This document shows positions 57,498-63,834 of a stretch of 64,000 nucleotides of DNA, in pieces. The position numbers and the translations under genes were made by a program. The first letter of the stretch is position 1. Every line of letters begins with the position of its first letter. Under the pieces are notes generated by a model. It was not told the origin of the DNA. It searched no databases and saw only the letters and a program-made list of their open reading frames with translations. Source of the DNA: an uncultured Opitutia bacterium (lineage in GTDB: Bacteria; Verrucomicrobiota; Verrucomicrobiia; Opitutales; UBA953); NCBI GenBank assembly GCA_903855995.1, contig CAIOAN010000013.1, positions 78,875 to 142,874 on the forward strand. Reading direction: 5' to 3'.

Positions 57498-58223
57498 ATG
57501 CACAACAACCCCACACTGCCACCCACCAAACTCGTCCTGCGCACCTACACGACCGACCTCCCGGCCGACGCGGTGAAGCGCAAACTCCAGGAGCTGGTCG
57601 AGAAATCCGCGCTCTTCAACACGTCGTTCCTCAACGGGGAATGGGACGAGGACACCCGCATCGGCGGCCTGGACCTGCACGGCGACATCATCATCCGCCA
57701 TCGAACGGAACGTGCCCAGCGCGAGCTGACGATCGAACACCGGGCCGGCGATGACCCTCTAGTAGTCGAGATCGTGTCCACATTGGGCAAAGCGCTGACG
57801 CGCCGCGCCACCCTCCCCGTCCCGGGCCTGAACCGCCCCAAGGGCATGGCCTACTTCTTCGAGATGATTCAGGGCAACCCCCTAAAGTCCAAGGTCCTCG
57901 TCACGGACGCCGTGGTCGAATCCGCCCATGACTTGCGCTTCGAGGATTACCGCGCAGCCCGCCGAGCGCTGGATTTTCTCGCTAAACTCCGGACGATCAA
58001 GCGCACCTACGATGATCAAGACAGGCACACCCAGACGCAGTATCACCTGGCGAACATCAAGCACCCTGACCCAAAGGTCTGCCTGTTCGAGGGCAAGAAG
58101 CTCTTCCTGCGGAATCAGATCGTGGTGAAGCCGGATCTCGACGGCCCGCACCTGACGATGCACTTCACGCGGCTGGCTAAGGGGAAGATATTGGTGGGGT
58201 GGGCCGAGGAGACGCCGTTCTGA
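57498..58223 (+). CDS. unknown-family protein, paralog A
   Basis: 241 aa. Shares conserved blocks with 59627..60355: PPTKL, RIGGL, GDIIIRHRT, EHRAGD, GMAYFFEMI, DAVxExAHDLxFxDYRxAR, PKVCL, HFxxL, VGWxEE. Confidence 0.65.
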   Translation: MHNNPTLPPTKLVLRTYTTDLPADAVKRKLQELVEKSALFNTSFLNGEWDEDTRIGGLDLHGDIIIRHRTERAQRELTIEHRAGDDPLVVEIVSTLGKALTRRATLPVPGLNRPKGMAYFFEMIQGNPLKSKVLVTDAVVESAHDLRFEDYRAARRALDFLAKLRTIKRTYDDQDRHTQTQYHLANIKHPDPKVCLFEGKKLFLRNQIVVKPDLDGPHLTMHFTRLAKGKILVGWAEETPF

Positions 58224-58661
58224 GGCGCTAGAAGCGCCGAAGAACCACTAGTTGACCGGTTGATCAGTTGGCCGGTTGGCCAGAGCAAGACGAACTAGAG
58301 GCACAGAGGCTCAGAGGCTCGGTTGACCAGACCATGCGAGAGTATCGAGTATGGAGTATTGAGTGTAGGGGGAGGCAGCGCTAGGCGTGTTCTTTGTTTT
58401 TTGTTCTTGGTTCATGGTTCGTTGTTTATTGCAGCGGTCTCTAGGTAGGGACGGCGGAGCCGCGAGGTGGAAGCGGTTGGCGGGAGAGACATAGCTGTAT
58501 CGAGGTAGGGACAGTACCACGTGCTGTCCTAGGGACTTTTCCGGCTTGAGTGTAAGCGGATATCGGACACTCTTTAGTCATCGGTCGAGAGGCCGATGAG
58601 AAAGGTCCCTCCTCGGTGACAAGAGCTCTCGGGAGCTCTTCCGTCAGGATAGCTGAGGAGG
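58224..58661. repeat. mosaic intergenic repeat block
   Basis: gttgaccggttgatcagttggccggttggcc, 58298-58330 (gaggc..ggctcggttgaccag), gagtatcgagtatggagtattgagt, gttcttggttcatggttcg, GTAG hairpins at 58444-58467 and 58504-58534, and the 43-nt element at 58528-58570. Confidence 0.85.
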
Positions 58662-59261
58662 TCAACCTTCACCGATCACCGCAAGGTGCACGATGGGATT
58701 ACCCAAGGCCTCAATGGGCCTGGTGTCTTGGCTAACAATCTGACGCCAGACCGCCCACGTGCAGTAATCGGCAATCTGCAGTTCGAGACTGGAAGCAGAC
58801 GAATGGAAGTGAACCGTGCGATGTCCTGCGCCCTGACGGACGGCCTTCATGATGGCCTTGCGAGAACGCTGCAAAGGCACGCGATCGGCATATACGGGAC
58901 AATCGCCGGAGGCCGGCTGCGATAACGACAAGACCAACTTGAAGAGGTCGACGTAAACCTGAGACAAATCCTCAGGCGGCTTAGTGCAGGTCGACTTATC
59001 CAAGACGATTGCGAAGACCTGGGAACCAGCACCCGAAGCCGCCAAACGACGCATGAAAGCCCCTCGGACGAATGGGGTATTGGCGCTCGCATGGAATGAC
59101 TCGATATCATGCCCCTGCGCATTTAGCTCATAGCGCAGACAAGACAGTTCACCGGAGCGGATGGCGCTGATATCCAGCAAGATTGCGCAGACCATCAGGA
59201 ACGGGGTCCCTTTTCCGGTGAAATCGAAGTTTCCTGCTTCATCTAGGAATAGACATTTCAT
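58662..59261 (-). CDS. DUF3800-family protein (second copy)
   Basis: 199 aa. N-terminal CLFLDEAGN and C-terminal LELQIADYC. Confidence 0.6.
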   Translation of the reverse strand: MKCLFLDEAGNFDFTGKGTPFLMVCAILLDISAIRSGELSCLRYELNAQGHDIESFHASANTPFVRGAFMRRLAASGAGSQVFAIVLDKSTCTKPPEDLSQVYVDLFKLVLSLSQPASGDCPVYADRVPLQRSRKAIMKAVRQGAGHRTVHFHSSASSLELQIADYCTWAVWRQIVSQDTRPIEALGNPIVHLAVIGEG

Positions 59262-59626
59262 GACGGGTATTCGAAGAGGCTTCGCCTCGACCTCAAATCG
59301 CCAAAGGCCTCAGAACGGGCATAGAGGGTGACCACTAAGAAAGGTAGGGGCGCGACGGTGTCGCGACCGGGGGTAAGGCTCTTTGAGGTCGCAATATGCG
59401 ACCACAAAAGGGATCCGGACGGACGCGTCGCCGACGTGTCCCTACCCAATGCAGCTAGGGCAGCACGCGGTGCTGCCCCTACCTCGATGCAGCGGATGCA
59501 ATGTCATCGCATCCCTACCCGATGCAATCCCTGCCACCTGCCACCCGAGGCCGCCACCTGCCACCTGAAACGGGTAACTGGCCTACTTGACAGTTGGTCA
59601 AGTGCGGGCAAATCGGCGCCCGAACC
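59262..59626. repeat. mosaic intergenic repeat block: cluster of four GTAG-headed hairpins plus a GGTGGC-word array
   Basis: Hairpins at 59343-59368 (GGTAGGG first), 59421-59447, 59455-59483 and 59494-59520 (each ending CCCTACC). Word array at 59529-59572. Confidence 0.85.
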
Positions 59627-60355
59627 ATGCAACCGCCTACCTCGATTCCCCCGACGAAGCTCCAGATTCGCGCCTATGATTGTAAATTGACCGCCCGGAA
59701 GGTGAAACTGGGGCTGGAAAAGCTGGTGGAGTCCTCCCCGGCCTTCAATGAGTCCTGGCTGCTGGGGGAATATGACATCGGCTCCCGCATCGGCGGCCTG
59801 GGGCAATACGGGGATATCATCATCCGCCACCGCACGGTGATGCGCGGCAAGCATGAGCTGACGGTCGAGCACCGCGCGGGCGACGAAGCCATGGCCCTCG
59901 AGATCGAGGCGGCCTTCGCCAAGGAGCTGACCCCGAAGGAGCCGCGTATGGCCCCGGGCAAGAAGCGCCCGGAAGGGATGGCCTATTTCTTCGAGATGAT
60001 CCGTACCTCGACGCTGAAGAACAAGGTGCTCATCGCGGACGCGGTCCTCGAGGAAGCCCATGACCTGTGCTTCGACGATTATCGCGAGGCCCGGGCCAAG
60101 CTCGAGTTCCTGAGCATGGTCCCGCGTCTCGGCGTCCTCCACACCAGCCTGGATGAGCGCATCCAGAAGGCCTACCGGGAAGCCAATCAGGTCCACGCCT
60201 GCCCGAAGGTCTGCCTCTACCAAGGCAAGAAGATCGCCCTGCCCCACCGGATGGTGGCGATCTCGGTGAAGCATGACTACATCCTGACCCTACATTTCGC
60301 CAAGCTGCCCGGATGCAAGATCGTGGTGGGATGGGTGGAGGAGAGGCAGTTCTGA
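59627..60355 (+). CDS. unknown-family protein, paralog B
   Basis: 242 aa from ATG 59627 (MQPPTSIPPTKL, aligned to the paralog A start). The tracked ORF starts at 59594. Confidence 0.65.
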   Translation: MQPPTSIPPTKLQIRAYDCKLTARKVKLGLEKLVESSPAFNESWLLGEYDIGSRIGGLGQYGDIIIRHRTVMRGKHELTVEHRAGDEAMALEIEAAFAKELTPKEPRMAPGKKRPEGMAYFFEMIRTSTLKNKVLIADAVLEEAHDLCFDDYREARAKLEFLSMVPRLGVLHTSLDERIQKAYREANQVHACPKVCLYQGKKIALPHRMVAISVKHDYILTLHFAKLPGCKIVVGWVEERQF

Positions 60356-60755
60356 CGCGCCGAAGGCGCCGAAGAACCATTAGTTGACCCGTTGACCAGT
60401 TGGCCGGTTGGCCGGAACGGACAACTAGCTGGCCGGTTGACAAGTTGACAGGTGGACAAGGGAGGCAGCGCGGCGGAGCCGCGACAAGATGAGAGGCCCG
60501 GAGGCTCAGAGGCTCGGTTGATCAGAGGAGAGACACCGTTTCGGGTGGCGGGTGGCAGCCCCAGGGCTCGGGTGGCGGGTGGCAGCCTTATCCGTTCCGC
60601 CCTCGATTCAGCCCTCAACGCTGTCATCGACTCAGTGATCCACCTGGTATCAGCCCAACCGCCAACCGCTAACCGCCAACACCACCTTACTATTTATTAG
60701 TGTCATTATACTGAATGAGGTTTGCCACGTTTTCGGGTTTGGGCAGAATGGGGTC
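60356..60755. repeat. mosaic intergenic repeat block
   Basis: gttgacccgttgaccagttggccggttggcc, ggccggttgacaagttgacaggtggacaaggg, 60491-60525 (gagaggcccggaggctcagaggctcggttgatcag), GGTGGC-word array at 60537-60587, cccaaccgccaaccgctaaccgccaacacc at 60655-60684. Confidence 0.85.
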
Positions 60756-61217
60756 ATGAGCAAAACCAAGACCCTGAAAGGTGAGAAAATGTACAAGCGG
60801 GCTTACGCCTTAGCCCAGAAGGCCCACGCCGGCCAGACCCGCAAAGACAAGAAGACGCCCTACTTCGAGCACGTGAAGGAAGTCGCTTCGCGTGTCAGCG
60901 GCTGGGACCTGAAGACGGTCGCCATCCTGCACGACACGATCGAAGACACCAAAGTTACCGCCCAGTCCCTCCTCGACGAAGGCTTCCCGGAGCAGATCGT
61001 CGCCGCGGTCGTGGCGCTGACCAAGCCGAAGGACTGCAAGGACTACATCGGAGAAGTCCGCCGTAAAGTCCTCCCCAACAAGCTGGCACGGGTCGTCAAG
61101 ATCTCGGACAACTACGCAAACATGCGTGACCGCGTGAGCGAATGGCCCAAGAGCGCCAAGGCCCGCAAGAAGCTCCACGAGTACGCCAGCTCAATCGCCT
61201 TGCTGACGAAGAAGTGA
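60756..61217 (+). CDS. small HD-domain protein, RelA/SpoT-hydrolase-like (small alarmone hydrolase type)
   Basis: 153 aa. Motifs AHAGQTRKDKKTPYFEH and AILHDTIEDT. Confidence 0.75.
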   Translation: MSKTKTLKGEKMYKRAYALAQKAHAGQTRKDKKTPYFEHVKEVASRVSGWDLKTVAILHDTIEDTKVTAQSLLDEGFPEQIVAAVVALTKPKDCKDYIGEVRRKVLPNKLARVVKISDNYANMRDRVSEWPKSAKARKKLHEYASSIALLTKK

Positions 61218-61289
61218 GGAAGGGGCGCGACGATCTCGCTACCGGGGTGAGGGTTGAGGGACACGGGCGGATGCGATGTCATCGCATCC

Positions 61290-61655
61290 CTACCTGGCGG
61301 CGGATCGGAGGAGGCGGAGGAGTTCGGGGAAGCGTCCGTGGAAGGAAAATCCTTGGACGCGGAGGCGACGACGGCCGGCGATGATGTCGGCGGACCAGAA
61401 CGGGCCGTCGACCATCACGGCCTGATCTTCCAGCTGCGGCTCACGCGCCCAATCCCAGAGGCGCGCCTCGGTGGCGAGCTGCTGGAAGCGCCGCCAGTGC
61501 GACTGGCCAAACGGTCGCGAACCGGCGCAGCCATAGAGGGGATGCCGGCAGGCGAGATCGCCGTGGAGAACGCCCGCAGCAGCATCCAAGTGTATCTGCG
61601 GCCCAGAGGGCCTGCCCTCTCCCTCCCAGAACGTGATTTCGATTTTGTTTTTCAT
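61290..61655 (-). CDS. hypothetical protein
   Basis: 121-aa high-GC ORF starting 11 nt from the tRNA-like gene. No motif recognised. Confidence 0.35.
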   Translation of the reverse strand: MKNKIEITFWEGEGRPSGPQIHLDAAAGVLHGDLACRHPLYGCAGSRPFGQSHWRRFQQLATEARLWDWAREPQLEDQAVMVDGPFWSADIIAGRRRLRVQGFSFHGRFPELLRLLRSAAR

Positions 61656-61666
61656 TCTAAAAGGGG

Positions 61667-61737
61667 TTGGCCCTGCGGGATTCGAACCCGCGACTTGCGG
61701 ATTATGAGCCCGCTCTTACCGGCTGAGCTAAGGGCCT
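61667..61737 (-). tRNA. tRNA-Met(CAU)-like gene, possibly atypical or degenerate
   Basis: The reverse complement reads AGGCCCT TA GCTC AGCCGGTAA GAGC GGG CTCATAA TCC GCAAGTC GCGGG TTCGAAT CCCGC AGGGCCA A. D-arm, T-arm (GGTTCGAATCC) and anticodon loop CTCATAA are perfect. Only 3 nt lie between the D-stem and the anticodon loop, which is ~3 nt short of canonical, and positions 1:72 would be A.A. No encoded CCA. Confidence 0.65.
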
Positions 61738-61928
61738 GGAAATTGGAGGGCTCGAGGGCCAGAGGGCTGGAGGGAGGTAAATGAGAGGCCCGGAGGCTCA
61801 GAGGCTCGGTTGATCAGAAGAAAGACAGCGTTTCGGGTGGCAGGTGGCGGCCTCAGGTGGCGGGTGGCGGGAAACTTCGAGCTAGAGGCCCGGTGGCTCC
61901 GTTGATCCGCGGGCAGGAAACCAGAGAA
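61738..61928. repeat. mosaic intergenic repeat block
   Basis: ggagggctcgagggccagagggctggaggg words, 61783-61817 (gaggcc module), GGTGGC-word array at 61829-61871. Confidence 0.8.
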
Positions 61929-61963
61929 GTAAAAAATTAAGAAGGGGTGAGATTAGCCCCTTC
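61929..61963 (-). terminator. rho-independent terminator (minus strand)
   Basis: Stem gaagggg/ccccttc (61941-61947 / 61957-61963) with a 9-nt loop. On the minus strand it is followed by ttaatttttt. Confidence 0.6.
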
Positions 61964-62806
61964 AACGCTGACCTTTCACCGGATTAGGTCTTCCAAAGAC
62001 GGCAGTGGAAGACTTCCCGATTTATCCACGTCCGCGGTTTGCACCTGCGGCGTAGCCAGCACGACTGCCTTTTTAAAGATGTGGCGATTCATCTATGCAC
62101 GACCCGCTACTCAAACCTGGATTCCCCGTCTGCCTTGCGAGCAGCTAGACGCGCTAGCGTCTCCGTGTTCACCGTGTTTAACGGTCCTCGTCTTGCGGAC
62201 GAGAACGCGGCTGAGTTCACCGAAGTGCCCAGCATTAAGTCGCTTTCGCGGATCGTTGGTAACGACGTTGCGTTTTGATATCCACTAAAGGACAAGGCGC
62301 TACCCCTGCCGACTTGAATAGCAAACCAATGGAGATGCGCGTTACCTGCGGTTCGAATTCCTTTTGAGAACCCGAATGCCACACACCTCCTGTAGGGACC
62401 CGACGGCCCCCCACGGAATCGCAAGTTCGCGTGACCCGGTTACCCGGACCCCGTCCACTCTCGATCTGGCCTGACGCCCTCGGCTTCCGCCTCGAACGTC
62501 CGACCTTGGCTTCGATCTCAATCCTAGAAGTCTAGTTGCGCGCAGTGGTCGTCACTAACGTTACCGCACTTGCTACGAAGTCATCCTCGCAAGGCTTTGC
62601 GCACCTTCTTCAAACCTAGTTCCGCCGCAGCGAAACTCTCAGATCGGCCAGTGCTTAGTCGTCCGGCCATCACAGCCTGGCGCAGTCCTATTGGAGGATA
62701 CTGCTTTCACCACCTCACGGTGGCATATCTTATGGACCCTAAGCGGCCCGTTGTTTGTCGCCCGGCGTTTGAGATGATCGCGTGCAGGGCTATGTTAAAT
62801 GAACAG
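61929..62806 (-). ncRNA. candidate ~0.9-kb structured non-coding RNA (class unknown)
   Basis: No convincing ORF on either strand. The minus strand has a promoter-like TTGACA-17-CATATT at one end and the terminator at the other. Many short perfect stems are capped by GNRA or UUCG loops when read on the minus strand (ccacc-GTGA-ggtgg, cgc-GAAA-gcg, cac-TTCG-gtg). Confidence 0.35.
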
Positions 62807-62812
62807 GACCTG

Positions 62813-62841
62813 AATATGGTGTTAACAGTTATTTATGTCAA
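62813..62841 (-). promoter_or_regulatory. sigma70-like promoter candidate for the ncRNA
   Basis: On the minus strand, TTGACA (62841-62836), a 17-nt spacer, then CATATT (62818-62813). It sits inside the only AT-rich patch of this region. Confidence 0.3.
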
Positions 62842-62884
62842 ATTATAGTTATGTTAGCAGTCGTAAAGTGTTGGTGTGTAATGA

Positions 62885-63477
62885 AATAAATTTTAATAGA
62901 TAGTTGGCGGGGGACCAGACCGAGGTAGTGCAAAAGTGGGAGGCAACGTTTCGGGTGGCGGGTGGCAGCCTCGGGAAGCGGGTGGCGGGAGAGACAGCGC
63001 TAGGCGTGTTCTTCGTTCTTGGTTCATTGTTTTTTGCAGCGGTCTAGAGGTAGGGCGTGGCTCTCCGAGCCCGCCGTTGAGCGCTGAGAGAAAGTGCGAG
63101 AGTATCGAGTGTGGAGTATCGAGTATAGGCGGCGAGCTACGCAGCGTTGGTCCGCGAACGGACGGCTGGGGACAGCCGTCCCTACCGGCGAAGGCGGAGC
63201 CTTCGAGGGGACACGTGGGCATGGTGACATGGGGGCAAGGTGCGTAAGCGAGGGCCGCACGCCCCTACCCGTAACAGGTGGAAGCGGTTGGCAGTTAGCA
63301 GTTGGGAATACAAACGAGGCAGCTAGGGCATGACGTAGTCCTGCCCCTACCCTACAGCCACCATGCGGCGGCCGCGGCTTCGCAGCAGATCACCATGCCA
63401 GCAGTTCCCCCACGCGACATGGGGTCAGACACGTTCAGGATTCCGAACGAAGTCAGACCCCGTCGCGCGGCGTGGCG
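62885..63477. repeat. mosaic intergenic repeat block
   Basis: GGTGGC-word array at 62947-62989, gttcttcgttcttggttcattg, GTAG hairpins at 63049-63075, 63160-63186 and 63323-63352, gagtatcgagtgtggagtatcgagtat, and a module at 63329-63405 shared with 56928-57003. Confidence 0.85.
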
Positions 63478-63834
63478 TCAGGCTTTCTTCACGTAACACG
63501 CCTTGAGGCCGATCTGGGCGCCGTCGATTTTGCAATCGATCTCGTGATCGCCGTCGACGAGGCGAATGTTCTTGGCCTTGGTGCCGCCCTTGAGCGTGCC
63601 GGCGCTGCCGCGCAGTTTGAGATCTTTGATGAGGACGACGGTATCGCCGTCGGCTAGGACGGACCCGTTGGCATCCTTGACGACGCGAGGGCCGTCTGCA
63701 GCCGGAGCGCCCTCCCCTAGCTCCGCCGCGGTCTTTTCCCATTCATGCCCGCAGGTCGCGCATTCCCAGATGGTGGCGTGCGAGATGATTTCGGTCATCG
63801 TGCATTCGGGGCAAGGGGAAGGCATTGGGGACAT
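63478..63834 (-). CDS. phnA: PhnA/YjdM zinc-ribbon protein
   Basis: Start at an internal Met (MSPMPSPCPEC). Motifs CPEC...WECATCGHEW, VVKDANGSVLADGDTV, IRLVDGDHEIDCKIDG, closely like E. coli PhnA. The longer tracked ORF runs into repeats. Confidence 0.85.
   Translation of the reverse strand: MSPMPSPCPECTMTEIISHATIWECATCGHEWEKTAAELGEGAPAADGPRVVKDANGSVLADGDTVVLIKDLKLRGSAGTLKGGTKAKNIRLVDGDHEIDCKIDGAQIGLKACYVKKA

Noticed and set aside
59627-61655. Toxic small alarmone synthetase partner for the HD hydrolase.
   Set aside because: Neither neighbouring protein shows RSH synthetase motifs (no GYxSxH or EVQIRT-like blocks).
61218-61737. Integrase or recombinase expected next to the tRNA, and a direct repeat of the tRNA 3' end at the far island border (~15.7-16.4 kb).
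   Set aside because: The only ORF next to the tRNA (61290..61655) has no recombinase motifs. I found no copy of the tRNA 3' segment (tggccctgcgggattcgaacc or its complement) at the left border.
61254-61784. 176-aa plus-strand ORF spanning 61254-61784.
   Set aside because: It runs antisense through the tRNA-like gene and through the 61290..61655 ORF, and it begins inside a repeat hairpin.
61929-62841. Known RNA classes for the ORF-free segment: tmRNA, RNase P RNA, rRNA fragment, group II intron.
   Set aside because: I could not find:
- tmRNA ends (GGGG...5' acceptor, T-arm plus CCA 3' end)
- RNase P conserved blocks (GAGGAAAGTCCGGGC, ACAGAACCCGGCTTA)
- a proper group II domain V (the best AGC-containing candidate, cagccgcgttctcgtccgcaagacgaggaccgtt, cannot form the lower helix)
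- rRNA-like strings

This was judged by eye only, so cmsearch is still needed.
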